The notes under the pieces: model-generated
Seen by the model: only the letters and a program-made list of their open reading frames with translations
What the model was told of the DNA's origin: nothing
Databases searched by the model: none
Shown here: in pieces, positions 7,875-17,666 of the stretch
How positions within the stretch are numbered: position 1 is the first letter of the stretch
How the letters are laid out: every line of letters starts with the position of its first letter
Position numbers and translations under genes: made by a program
Source: Candidatus Zixiibacteriota bacterium
GTDB taxonomy: Bacteria; Zixibacteria; MSB-5A5; GN15; FEB-12
Length of the DNA: 44,845 bases
Assembly: GCA_016926795.1 (NCBI GenBank)
Contig: JAFGNW010000230.1
Location: 1-44,845, forward strand
Direction of reading: 5' to 3'

Positions 7875-10808
7875 TTATTCGGAAAGGTCGAGATGATTTA
7901 AGTCGATATCGTATTGTTTGATTTTCAAACGCAGGGTCGATTCGGGAATGTTCAAGCTGGCGGCGGCATGTTTCTTGATACCCTTATGTTCCTTAAGAGC
8001 CTTGATGATAAATTGCTTTTCGTAAGAAGACAGGAAATCATAAAGAGAATATTGATCGTTGAAAACCACATCCTCGAGCGGTGTTGAGAAGCCGGGCTGG
8101 TCAACCGATTCCGACTGATAGGATGTGACAATCTTGCGGGAAACGATATCGGTTTCTATTTTGTTGTTGTCACCGGCCAGAAGGACGAGTTTTTTGATTT
8201 CATTTTCAAGTTCCCGGACGTTCCCCGGCCAGTCATAAGCCACCAGATACCTCATAACCGGCGGCGTGATTTCTTTACCGCTGCTTTCGAGGAAATGCTC
8301 GACCAGAAGCGGGATATCCTCTTTGCGTTCGCGAAGCGGCGGCAGGCGGAAGGTCAGCGCCGTCAACCGGTAGAAAAGATCCTGGCGGAAAGTGCCGTTC
8401 TTCATCTCTTCTTTCAAGTTCTTATTGGTGGCCGAGATAACCCGGACATCGACCTTGCGCGGCGTCGATTCGCCCAGCCGGACTAATTCTTTTTCCTCCA
8501 GGACCCGAAGAATCTTAGCCTGGATGGTCAAAGGCATATCGGCTATTTCATCCAGGAAAAACGTTCCGCCGTCGGCCTCCTCGAACAAGCCCGGCTTGTC
8601 GTTGTTGGCGCCGGTAAAAGCCCCTCGTTTGTAACCGAACAGCTCCGATTCCAGCAGGGTTTCGGGCAGGGCTGCACAGTTGACCGAGATAAAGCGCTTA
8701 TCCCGGCGGCAGGAGTTATAATGTATCGCCCGGGCCAGAACATCCTTGCCGCTGCCGGTCTCGCCCTCGATGGATATCGAGATATTGGAATCGATTACCT
8801 GGTTCACCTGGGCCAGGACTTCGAGCAACTGGCTGTTCTGGGTGATGATGTTCGGGAAAGCCGCTTTCTCCATCAACTGGGCCTTGAGGCGACGGTTATC
8901 CTCAATAAGTTTTTTCTTCTGCAGTTCGGCCGCCTTGAAAACGAGAATGTCGGAGAAACCGACCGCGAAATTAAGCTCGACCTGGCTGAAAGGATTCAGA
9001 GTATTGTTGACCGACTTCTTGTCGAGATAGAGGAAACAGCGGGAGTTGTTGCTCTGCATGGGAACCACGATAATCGAGGCGATTAAATCCGGTTCATCGG
9101 GGAAGAGGTCGTTGACATACGGGTCCCGCCGGCAGTCCAGAAGCAGGGTGGGCCGGGTAAGAGAAATTTCCTCTCCCAGCAATTGCTGTATATTTTCGGC
9201 GAATTTCTTTTCCTGGAAAGGTGACATGACGGTCGAAGATATGATAGGGTTGGTCTCGTAATCGGGATAATAAACGATTGCCCGCTGAGCGCCGGTCCGC
9301 TTGAGCAGGATGTTCATTATCTCTTCCATCTGCCCGGATTTCAAATCATCGACCTCGTCCTGGGTGATAAGGTTGCCGAAAATCTTAAATTCGTTTTCGT
9401 TGGAAATAGACAGGGCGATAGCCTGGTCGGCCATCGATTGCAGGAACTGGTTAACCGCCCGAGCCTTGCCCTTCTCACCGAGGCTTAAGAACGTTTTTTC
9501 GGCCCGGCTGAGTTTTTTGAAACCCCGCGAGAGATTGCCCTGCTGGCAGGCGAAGATACCGGCTTTGAAATCCGCTTCCGCCAACCAGAAATTAACTTTC
9601 AGTTTTTTGAAAATACGCCGGGTTTCATCATAGATTCCCTGAATTTTTTCATATTCATCGCTTTCAGCCTGCTGACGGATTTCCGCCGCAATTAAAAGCG
9701 TCTTGGCCAGTTCATAGGGGAATTCCACCGCGCGAAGGATTTCCACCGCCCGGTTGATATATTCGAGAGCCTCAGCATGTTCCGAACGCATAGCGTACAC
9801 GCGAGCGATAGCCCGATAAGCCATCCCCACCTCGGCTTTCTCACCGATTTTCTGAGCCACTTCGAGTGCCTTCTGACCATATTTCATGGCTTCATCTACA
9901 TAATCGAGCTCCAGTTCCACCTCGGCCAGCAAGCGGCAACTTTGAGATACCAGGGTATTTCCGGGGGAAAGCAACAACGCTTCCTTATAAGCTTCCGTAA
10001 GAAAATTCTTGGCCTGGTAAATATCACCCTTATCCAGTGCCAATTCACCGGAGAATTCGAAATATATGACTTTTTCTGATTTCAGGTTCAGCTTCTCGAT
10101 GATTTTCAAAGCCTTGTTGTAAAGCCGCGAGGTCGTACTATAATCGCGACGTTTGAAATTAAGATATCCGAGCGAAAGGAGGTTGATAACCTGAGCGACT
10201 TCCTGATTGTGTTCAGCGTTATAATTCAGGGCATCGGTAAGATTTTTTTCGGCTTCGTTCCACTGCCCGACGAGAATGCGGGTCATACCGGCGTTACCGG
10301 TAATCTGGGCCATCTTGCGGGGATTGTCGGCAGCTTTTTCAATCGCTTCATCAAGAAATTCCAGAGCGGCGGAGAAATTACCACGATAAAATGCGATACG
10401 GGCCAATTCGTTAAGAGAGTCAATCTGGCCGAGGGTGTCGGTTGCCCGACGGAATGCGGCCAGACCGTCGCGAGCCCGAATCTCCGCATTCTTCAGATCA
10501 CCAATCTGGGAATAGGCTTTGGCCAGCGTCAGTTGAACCCGACCGTAATGCCGGTTCAGGGGAAAGCCGGCCAGAATCTTGGCCGCTTTGAGACCCGCCT
10601 CGACGGTTTTTCGATATACACCTTCAAAGTACTTGACCTCGGCCTGCAACAGAAGATACAATCCCAGTTCATGTTCCGTACTTTCAAAATCCTGCTGGTT
10701 TAATAGGGCAAACTCCTTCTGAGCAACCTGGTACTGTCTCTGCCTCAGTAACTCTTCGACAGCCAGAAGGCGATCATCAAAAGTATATTTCTGTGAGGGA
10801 ACCTGCAT
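7875..10808 (-). CDS. Sigma54-dependent enhancer-binding protein: TPR array + GAF-like domain + AAA+ + Fis-type HTH
   Basis: Walker A GETGSGKD, ESELFGYKRGAFTGA, FFLDEI, FRQDLFYRL, WPGNVRELEN, C-terminal KHAAASLNIPESTLRLKI. The N-terminal ~460 aa are tandem helical TPR-like repeats, with no receiver domain. Confidence 0.93.
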   Translation of the reverse strand: MQVPSQKYTFDDRLLAVEELLRQRQYQVAQKEFALLNQQDFESTEHELGLYLLLQAEVKYFEGVYRKTVEAGLKAAKILAGFPLNRHYGRVQLTLAKAYSQIGDLKNAEIRARDGLAAFRRATDTLGQIDSLNELARIAFYRGNFSAALEFLDEAIEKAADNPRKMAQITGNAGMTRILVGQWNEAEKNLTDALNYNAEHNQEVAQVINLLSLGYLNFKRRDYSTTSRLYNKALKIIEKLNLKSEKVIYFEFSGELALDKGDIYQAKNFLTEAYKEALLLSPGNTLVSQSCRLLAEVELELDYVDEAMKYGQKALEVAQKIGEKAEVGMAYRAIARVYAMRSEHAEALEYINRAVEILRAVEFPYELAKTLLIAAEIRQQAESDEYEKIQGIYDETRRIFKKLKVNFWLAEADFKAGIFACQQGNLSRGFKKLSRAEKTFLSLGEKGKARAVNQFLQSMADQAIALSISNENEFKIFGNLITQDEVDDLKSGQMEEIMNILLKRTGAQRAIVYYPDYETNPIISSTVMSPFQEKKFAENIQQLLGEEISLTRPTLLLDCRRDPYVNDLFPDEPDLIASIIVVPMQSNNSRCFLYLDKKSVNNTLNPFSQVELNFAVGFSDILVFKAAELQKKKLIEDNRRLKAQLMEKAAFPNIITQNSQLLEVLAQVNQVIDSNISISIEGETGSGKDVLARAIHYNSCRRDKRFISVNCAALPETLLESELFGYKRGAFTGANNDKPGLFEEADGGTFFLDEIADMPLTIQAKILRVLEEKELVRLGESTPRKVDVRVISATNKNLKEEMKNGTFRQDLFYRLTALTFRLPPLRERKEDIPLLVEHFLESSGKEITPPVMRYLVAYDWPGNVRELENEIKKLVLLAGDNNKIETDIVSRKIVTSYQSESVDQPGFSTPLEDVVFNDQYSLYDFLSSYEKQFIIKALKEHKGIKKHAAASLNIPESTLRLKIKQYDIDLNHLDLSE

Positions 10809-10845
10809 TATACTTTTACTTTGTTTAAATAATTATAAATATTAA

Positions 10846-11214
10846 TTACTTCGCCGTACTTTTTACTGCGGCTGCTTGCTCATTATTACTTCCTTCCGCC
10901 TCGGACATGATATAATAGGTATCCGGCTGATAATAATAAACAGAATTCATGATGAAGAATAAAATTTGAGATGCAATACCGTCGATTAAATCGGGAGAAT
11001 CGGGATTGACGACAAAACTACTGGACATAATCACCTGAGATGAGGTAGTGGTGTCCGGTTTGTCGTCATTGGGATCATCATGAGTACCCGTATCATCAGC
11101 ATCCCAGGGATACCCATCACTACTTCCGTTACCGGAAAATACAGGGGCAGCAATAAAGCAAGTTATCACAAATGCTAAAAGTATCATTAGCAGCATAAAT
11201 TTTTTAGCATGCAT
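10846..11214 (-). CDS. Small secreted protein (122 aa) with acidic low-complexity region, directly upstream of the TPR activator
   Basis: AGGAGG RBS. Sec-type signal MHAKKFMLLMILLAFVITCFIAAPVFS, then GNGSSDGYPWDADDTGTHDDPNDDKPD. 37 bp gap to the activator. Confidence 0.75.
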   Translation of the reverse strand: MHAKKFMLLMILLAFVITCFIAAPVFSGNGSSDGYPWDADDTGTHDDPNDDKPDTTTSSQVIMSSSFVVNPDSPDLIDGIASQILFFIMNSVYYYQPDTYYIMSEAEGSNNEQAAAVKSTAK

Positions 11215-11291
11215 GACATTGCCTCCTATTAATAAATGTATTGTCTTCTATATCAACAAAAGCAACAAAAAAAGGTTTACTTTTTATACAA

Positions 11292-11368
11292 CGCATATTT
11301 TGCCACTTATAATTTAGAAAATAGCTATCGCTTTGTCAAGCAATATTATAGAATTCGCAAATTTTGCG
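11292..11368 (-). promoter_or_regulatory. Sigma70 promoter bracketed by two related 13-bp palindromes (putative operators)
   Basis: Minus strand TTGACA (11339-11334)-N17-TAAATT (11316-11311). CGCAAATTTTGCG at 11356-11368 and CGCATATTTTGCC at 11292-11304. Confidence 0.6.
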
Positions 11369-11390
11369 CCGCTTAACTTAATTGGATATT

Positions 11391-12533
11391 TTAGCGGATA
11401 AATTTCCGGGCCAGCCAGGATTTGTTAATAAATATAGCGTTTTCCGGACAAATTTCATGACAGCACCAGCAATTTATGCATAAATCTTTGTCCACTATTG
11501 GGATAGAGGTGTCGTCCGGCTGCCTCATGGCTTTGGTTGGGCAGGAATTCACACAATCGCCGCACTGCACACAGTCGGTTTCATCTACTTTTGGCCGCAT
11601 CCAGAGAAAAGGACCGATCATATCCATAAGAAATTTGGGTAAAAGTTCCAGGGCGCGGTTGGAGGTCAGTTCGAAATCATCTATTTTTACGGCATTAAGC
11701 TTCTCCCCGACAATTTCGATACCCTCCAGCCAGCCGATACCCAAACCGGCCTCAGCGGCATATTTAATAGTGTGCACTTTCTGGGGAGTCAGACCTATAA
11801 TGGAGGCGGCTACCGTGTCGAGAGCTACCGCGTCGGTAGAAGCTAAAAGCATTTTCCCCTCGCGCGCCGTTCCGGAAGCCGGGCCGTCCCCTTCCATGAC
11901 CAGGATAGCATCCATGATATTCAAACCGGGTTGGACAGCGGAAAAGATATCCACCACAATACGTGAAAAATGTCTCGGGTTGGGAGCTTCCTTATGATAC
12001 AATCCCTTCCTGAAGCCGGGTATCACCCCGAACATATTTTTCACCGCCCCGGTCATCAACGTCAGGATATGGGTTTTTAGTTTGGGGAGATTGATAATGA
12101 AATCGGCCTCGAGCACCGGCTTTGATATATAATAAGTGAACGGTCCTACCTTAACCGGACGGGTACCGGAGCGTTCAAATCCGACCAACTCCAGGTTGTC
12201 CCGGCGGGCAATCTCAGCCAGACCGGTACTGTCCCAGACCCGTTGTATGCCGGTTTTTGCCCCGGCCGGGGAATCACCGATTTTTACTTCCGCCCCGAGG
12301 TCGCGCGCCATCCCGGCCACCACCGCCACCAGTTCCGGGTGGGTGGTAATCGCTCGGCCGGGGGCTTTGGCCGACAACAGGTTCGGCTTGACCAGAACTT
12401 TCATGCCCGGCTTGATAAAGCATTCCAAGCCACCGATAAGGCCGAGTACCTCGTGTAACTTTTCCTCCAGAGAGCGGCGTTCATAGGAAGCGGCGCGGAC
12501 GATAGCTACTTTTGGAATGACATCTTTCAACAC
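11391..12533 (-). CDS. DUF362-domain protein with C-terminal 2x[4Fe-4S] ferredoxin
   Basis: KVLVKPNLL, TTHPE, INLPKLKTH..TGAVKNMFG, then CVQCGDCVNSCP and CINCWCCHEICP. Start uncertain (GTG 12533 chosen; the ORF extends to 12647). Confidence 0.88.
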   Translation of the reverse strand: MLKDVIPKVAIVRAASYERRSLEEKLHEVLGLIGGLECFIKPGMKVLVKPNLLSAKAPGRAITTHPELVAVVAGMARDLGAEVKIGDSPAGAKTGIQRVWDSTGLAEIARRDNLELVGFERSGTRPVKVGPFTYYISKPVLEADFIINLPKLKTHILTLMTGAVKNMFGVIPGFRKGLYHKEAPNPRHFSRIVVDIFSAVQPGLNIMDAILVMEGDGPASGTAREGKMLLASTDAVALDTVAASIIGLTPQKVHTIKYAAEAGLGIGWLEGIEIVGEKLNAVKIDDFELTSNRALELLPKFLMDMIGPFLWMRPKVDETDCVQCGDCVNSCPTKAMRQPDDTSIPIVDKDLCINCWCCHEICPENAIFINKSWLARKFIR

Positions 12534-12714
12534 AGTATTATATACGCAATCAAAAGCTGGATAATAGCCGGCATTTTCTTTCAAACTAAACACAATGAAG
12601 AGCTTGAAAACCCTGAAAAGGATAAACCAGCTCGATATCAAGAGCAAGATTTTTTTAATTACTATTTTATGAAAGAAGTGAAAACCGATAAGCGATACAT
12701 CCGGGGTTACGGGA

Positions 12715-13977
12715 TCATTTTTTATGGACTTTGACTTTCATAATCCGCTGCCCCTCAACTTTTTCCACGTCAAAAACAAGGTTGTGCCAGCGAATTTTAT
12801 GACCTTCCCGGGGAACCGAGCCGACCAGGTCATAGATTAACCCCCCGACCGTATCATAATCCTCCTGAGGATAGTCGGTATCGAGATAGTCCTGTAGCTC
12901 CTCGACGAGTAACCCGGCGTCAACCAGATAAGTATTGGCGGCTATTTTTTTAAATTCAGCTTCTTCCGAGTCATGTTCATCCTGGATTTCACCGAAAATT
13001 TCCTCGAGAATATCCTCCAATGTGACCAGGCCGGCCACGCCGCCGTACTCGTCGACCGCAACGGCGATATGAAATTTTTTAAGTTGAAACTCCCGCAGCA
13101 ACTGGCCGATTACTTTCGATTCGGGGACATAGTAGGGTTTGCGCAGGTAGTTTTTGATGACAAACTCTTCCCCCCGCTCCGGCATCCGGTTAAAGAGGTC
13201 CTTGACATAGACAATACCCAGAATCCGGTCGATGCTCTCGTCGTAAACCGGGTATCGCGAATAACCGTGTTGCAATACCAGTTTCTGGATATCGACGAAA
13301 CTCATCGATTTTTCGATACCCACAATATCTATCCGGGGGACCATAATTTCCCGCACCACCGTTTCGTCGAGGAGGAAAATCTGGCCGATCATTTCCTTTT
13401 CGTCTTCTTCCACGATGGCTTCGCTGATCCCGGCCTGTTCTGCCAGGGTCTCGATTGCCCGCTCGACAATATCTTCCTTATCCTTTTCCGAAACCTGTTC
13501 TTCCTTGTTGATACGCGAAAGAGCCTTGCGGTAGGCGCTCACCACCGGGAAAAAGATAAAATATATCAGCGTTATCAGCCACAGGTGGCGGGGCATACTG
13601 CTTTTATAAGCCCTACGGGCCGCCCGCCGGGCGAAATATTCCACCCAGAAAATCTGCGAAAACCAGACCAGGACCAAACCGACCGGATAGACATAAAGAA
13701 AACTGAGGTCGTACCGACGGGTTACCGACTGAAGGATATAGGTCGTCAGGACAGTAATCACTATCAGGGCGAAAGATTTGTATACGGTCGCGATTTGCAT
13801 GAACGCCCGGGGATCGTCGGCCAGCTTCTTTAAGGCCTCCCGGTTCTTCCGGGAAATACCAGGAAAGAGGGTGACGATATCATCAGGGTCGATATATACC
13901 GCCAGGGAATAGAATGATACTATATATGCCGACAGGAAAAAGCCGATAATCAGAAATAAAAACAACCATTCCAGCAC
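12715..13977 (-). CDS. Hemolysin/CorC family membrane protein (DUF21-like TM region + CBS pair + CorC/HlyC domain)
   Basis: VREIMVPRIDI, GYSRYPVY, AVDEYGGVAGLVTLEDILEEIFGEIQDEHD, YDTVGGLI. Confidence 0.9.
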   Translation of the reverse strand: MLEWLFLFLIIGFFLSAYIVSFYSLAVYIDPDDIVTLFPGISRKNREALKKLADDPRAFMQIATVYKSFALIVITVLTTYILQSVTRRYDLSFLYVYPVGLVLVWFSQIFWVEYFARRAARRAYKSSMPRHLWLITLIYFIFFPVVSAYRKALSRINKEEQVSEKDKEDIVERAIETLAEQAGISEAIVEEDEKEMIGQIFLLDETVVREIMVPRIDIVGIEKSMSFVDIQKLVLQHGYSRYPVYDESIDRILGIVYVKDLFNRMPERGEEFVIKNYLRKPYYVPESKVIGQLLREFQLKKFHIAVAVDEYGGVAGLVTLEDILEEIFGEIQDEHDSEEAEFKKIAANTYLVDAGLLVEELQDYLDTDYPQEDYDTVGGLIYDLVGSVPREGHKIRWHNLVFDVEKVEGQRIMKVKVHKK

Positions 13978-13985
13978 CGCTTAAA

Positions 13986-14414
13986 TCACCTCCCCACCGC
14001 TTTAAGGTACCGTTCTTCACGGGCTTTCATTATTCTCTCATCGTTTTTTTTCATATGGTCAAAACCGAACAGATGCAGAAGACCGTGGCAGAAAAGGCGC
14101 AGGTATTCTTCGTTCAACACGGTTTCGTATTCGGTTGTCTGACGCCGGGCGGTTTCGGCCGAAATATAAATTTCTCCGAACACGCCATCGTCGTCATCCG
14201 GGTCGTCCAGGTTGAACGAGAGGACATCAGTCGCCCTGTCCTTCCGTCGATAATCCCGGTTAAGGCGGCGGATATTCTTATCGTCGGTGATGACCAGGTT
14301 AACCGTTCCCCGGGTCAACCGGTCGGTCTCGGAGGTGCTTATTTCATCGAACAGCCGGTTAATCCGGGCGACGGGCAGCCGGGCGGGTATTTCCTTGAAT
14401 ATCCGCAACTTCAT
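13986..14414 (-). CDS. ybeY: rRNA maturation endoribonuclease YbeY
   Basis: LNRDYRRKDRATDVLSF, GEIYIS, HGLLHLFGFDH. Start set to the ATG at 14414 with a GAGGAG RBS, adjacent to the upstream stop. Confidence 0.93.
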   Translation of the reverse strand: MKLRIFKEIPARLPVARINRLFDEISTSETDRLTRGTVNLVITDDKNIRRLNRDYRRKDRATDVLSFNLDDPDDDDGVFGEIYISAETARRQTTEYETVLNEEYLRLFCHGLLHLFGFDHMKKNDERIMKAREERYLKAVGR

Positions 14415-14415
14415 C

Positions 14416-16662
14416 TTACTCCTCGTCATCCTTCTTGGGATAGACAACGCGGTGATGGAAGGCGGCAATAAGCACCTGGGCGAAAGCCTCCTTGATAAGA
14501 GCCAGGTCGCGCAGGGTCAGGGGGCACTCTTCCAGTTCGCCCGATTGGAACCGGTCGCTGATTATCCGCTGGATGAGATTATTAATTCGGGCTGGTTTGG
14601 GGTCTTCCAGCGTTCGACTGGCCGCCTCAACGGCGTCAGCCAGCATAACAATACCCGTTTCCCTGGTTTGCGGTTTGGGACCGGGGTATCGGAATTTGTC
14701 GATCGTCGACGGATCGGCACCCTGCTCCATGGCTCGGTTATAAAAATAACTCATCACCATAGTCCCGTGATGTTCCTCGATAAAATTCAACACGTCGTCG
14801 GGAATATCCGCTTCCTCTCCCAGCACCCGCCCCTTCTTGACATGGGAGGAAAGAATCAGAGAGGACATGGTCGGGGTCAAAGATTCGTGTTTTGAGGTCA
14901 CCCCGAGCTGGTTTTCGACGAAGTATTCGGGTATTTCCATTTTCCCGATATCGTGATAATACGAACCGACCCGGGCCAGAAGGGAATTGGCGTTGATAGC
15001 CTTGGCGGCCGCCTCGGCCAGGTTGCCGATGATAATCGAATGATGATACGTTCCCGGCGCTTCAATAGCCAGCCGTTTCAGGAGGGGATGGTTCAAATCG
15101 GACAGCTCCAGCAGGGTGGAATCGGTGGTGAAACCGAACAGGGACTCAAAAAACGGCAGCAGGAAGAATATAATCGGAATGGTGATAATACCATTCACGA
15201 CGCCGTAAACCACATCCTCGAGAATTTCCGGGTTGGGGGCGAATTTGAGACTCTCGACCAGGATAATCAGAAGCAGATAACTCAGAACAATCGAAAGCAT
15301 TATCCGGTAAAAATGTGAGCGCTTGCGCACCGAGCGCGAGGTGAAGCAGGCTACCAGCCCGACAATCATCGTCATCAGGGTGATACTGAAATTGAAACGA
15401 TGCATGATGCCGAACAAAAGAGCCAGGATGATAGTGGAAAGTATCCCCACCTCGGCGTCGAAAAGAATCGTCACCATAATCGGCAGCACCGCCACCGGGT
15501 AGAGGTAAATGGAGACGCCGCCGAAGAAATCCACCATGTAAACCAGAAACAGCTGCAGGGCGAAAACCAGAAACAACGCCAGCAGCTTGGGGTTGGAATG
15601 AAAGATAACCTTGCGGAAATAAAACAGGAAAAGATACAGGGCGGTAAAAATCGCCAGGACCAGGACGATACGGGCCAGAACCGGCAGAAACGCCTTGAAC
15701 CAGCCTTCCTTGGCGGCCTGAAGGTGCTGGAGGCGGGCCATCTCGATTAGAATTTCCTCGACCGGTTCGGTGACTTTCTGGCCCTCACGGACGATGATAT
15801 CCGAAGTTTTGACCAGCCTGCGAACGTTGGATATCTGTGCCAGTTGTTCGTCCACCCGGTGTTCGTACTCTTCCATATTGACCCATAAATTGGGCTGAAT
15901 GAAATTTTTCCCCACCAGGTAATAATAATCGACATCGATGGAATCGGTGGCGCCCAGGCGGTTGAGAGCGCTCACCAGCTGGGCGTACACCATAGCTATA
16001 TCCTTGAGCTGGTCCCGCTGGTGAATGGTTTCCCGACCGCCGCGCCGGATGACCACCATCTTGTTGCGGCTCGGGGGTATGTCATTCAGGTTTCTCAAGA
16101 CTCCGACTTTATAGACTTCCTCGCTGTAAATCTTTTCCAATTGAATGAGGAGTTTGCTCAGTCTGACCGAGGTGTCCAGTGAGCGCTCGATGGCGGTCCG
16201 GCTGAGTAAGGGATATTTTTGAGAAACATACCGAACATATTCAGCGTGCCGGACGGAATCCGAAGAATCGTTTTTCTGTCTCAGGGAATCCACCACCCGG
16301 ACAAAACGGCGCAGGCCGTTAAAAGCGCTGTTGCTCAGAGAGGTATCATAATCGATCAGGTAGGGAATCGAAAAACGAATCTGCTCTTCTTCGTCTTTTA
16401 TTTCCCGGTCGGATTTATAGACGGTGATATCGAAGGGGGCCAGGATATCCTGCTGGGCGGTTTCTCCCTTGTGGGGGATGTCCAGTGGCTGGTAAATTTC
16501 CTCGCCGGGATAGAAGACGGCGATCAGCACCGAAAACACCACCAGGAACAGAGACTTGATGGTTTTTGAGCGCACCGTCAGGGCGCGTTTCTGGCGGCTT
16601 TCCGTCTGGACTTTTAAAAGCCTTTTAATCCGTCGCTTTAATTTTAACAATAATGAAAACAA
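14416..16662 (-). CDS. 7TM-HD membrane phosphohydrolase (PgpH/YqfF family)
   Basis: N-terminal TM, large extracytoplasmic domain, about 7 TMs, then EAPGTYHHS..YYHDIGK..YFVENQ..EHHGT..FRYPGPKPQ..MLADAVEAASR. Lies in the usual position between phoH and ybeY. Confidence 0.9.
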   Translation of the reverse strand: MFSLLLKLKRRIKRLLKVQTESRQKRALTVRSKTIKSLFLVVFSVLIAVFYPGEEIYQPLDIPHKGETAQQDILAPFDITVYKSDREIKDEEEQIRFSIPYLIDYDTSLSNSAFNGLRRFVRVVDSLRQKNDSSDSVRHAEYVRYVSQKYPLLSRTAIERSLDTSVRLSKLLIQLEKIYSEEVYKVGVLRNLNDIPPSRNKMVVIRRGGRETIHQRDQLKDIAMVYAQLVSALNRLGATDSIDVDYYYLVGKNFIQPNLWVNMEEYEHRVDEQLAQISNVRRLVKTSDIIVREGQKVTEPVEEILIEMARLQHLQAAKEGWFKAFLPVLARIVLVLAIFTALYLFLFYFRKVIFHSNPKLLALFLVFALQLFLVYMVDFFGGVSIYLYPVAVLPIMVTILFDAEVGILSTIILALLFGIMHRFNFSITLMTMIVGLVACFTSRSVRKRSHFYRIMLSIVLSYLLLIILVESLKFAPNPEILEDVVYGVVNGIITIPIIFFLLPFFESLFGFTTDSTLLELSDLNHPLLKRLAIEAPGTYHHSIIIGNLAEAAAKAINANSLLARVGSYYHDIGKMEIPEYFVENQLGVTSKHESLTPTMSSLILSSHVKKGRVLGEEADIPDDVLNFIEEHHGTMVMSYFYNRAMEQGADPSTIDKFRYPGPKPQTRETGIVMLADAVEAASRTLEDPKPARINNLIQRIISDRFQSGELEECPLTLRDLALIKEAFAQVLIAAFHHRVVYPKKDDEE

Positions 16663-16683
16663 ACGGCGAATCTCCTTTTCGCC

Positions 16684-17661
16684 TTAAGATTTTTTCTTCG
16701 ACTTCTCGTATTTCTCATACGCCTTGATGATATTCTGAACCAGGTGATGGCGGATGACATCCTTTTCCGTAAGATAGACGAACTCTATGCCTCGAATATT
16801 TTTCAAAACGGTCTGAACTTTCACCAGTCCCGAACTGTGGCGGTCGTCGAGGTCAATCTGGGTGATATCGCCGGTGATGACGGCTTTCGATTTTTCTCCG
16901 ATTCGGGTCAGGAACATTTTCATCTGGGCGTTGGTGGTATTCTGGGCCTCATCGAGCACCACAAACGCCTCGTTGAGAGTGCGGCCGCGCATGAAGGCCA
17001 GAGGGGCGATTTCGATAACGCCCATTTCTAAAAGCTTCTGGATTTTATCGGGCTGCAGCATATCGTAGAGGGCGTCATAAACGGGGCGAAGATACGGGTC
17101 CACCTTGGCCCGGATATCGCCGGGCAGGAACCCCAGCGATTCCCCGGCTTCCACTGCCGGACGGGTGAACACTATCCGGTTGACGCGGTTGGCCTTGAGT
17201 TCCGCGACGGCCATCGCCACCGCCAGGTAAGTTTTACCGGTACCGGCGGGGCCGATGGAAAAAACTATATCGTTCCTGTCAACCGCCTCGACATACTTTG
17301 ACTGGCCGACGGTTTTGGGTTTAATGGCTTTTTTCAGGGCGCTGGTCAGAAGAGCCGCGGTGGAGATTTCCTGCGCCGGACCCCGGCCGTTTTCCTGTAC
17401 CATGGCGATAGCGTAATTGATATACTGTTCGGTGATGATATCGCCCAGCTTGACACGGGTTACCAGGTCCCCGAGCAGCCGCAAGACCCGCTCGACATCT
17501 TCCGGCGGACCCTCGACCATGACCTTGTCGCCGCGGGCGATGATTTTACATAAAAAACGGGACTCGATTAACCGCAGGTAAACGTCATTCTGCCCGAACA
17601 GCAGTCTCTGGTCGATACTGCCGATATCATAGGTGCGCGTCTTTTTTATCTCGGTATCCAT
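16684..17661 (-). CDS. phoH: PhoH-family ATPase (YbeZ-like)
   Basis: GPAGTGKTYLAVA, RPAVEAGESLGFLPGD, LAFMRGRTLN, LDEAQN, GDITQIDL. Confidence 0.93.
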   Translation of the reverse strand: MDTEIKKTRTYDIGSIDQRLLFGQNDVYLRLIESRFLCKIIARGDKVMVEGPPEDVERVLRLLGDLVTRVKLGDIITEQYINYAIAMVQENGRGPAQEISTAALLTSALKKAIKPKTVGQSKYVEAVDRNDIVFSIGPAGTGKTYLAVAMAVAELKANRVNRIVFTRPAVEAGESLGFLPGDIRAKVDPYLRPVYDALYDMLQPDKIQKLLEMGVIEIAPLAFMRGRTLNEAFVVLDEAQNTTNAQMKMFLTRIGEKSKAVITGDITQIDLDDRHSSGLVKVQTVLKNIRGIEFVYLTEKDVIRHHLVQNIIKAYEKYEKSKKKS

Positions 17662-17666
17662 ATTTA

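Noticed and set aside
11293-11305. Sigma54 promoter (TGGCA...TGC) upstream of the small secreted gene
   Set aside because: GG-to-GC spacing is 8, not the required 10; better read as the second palindrome.
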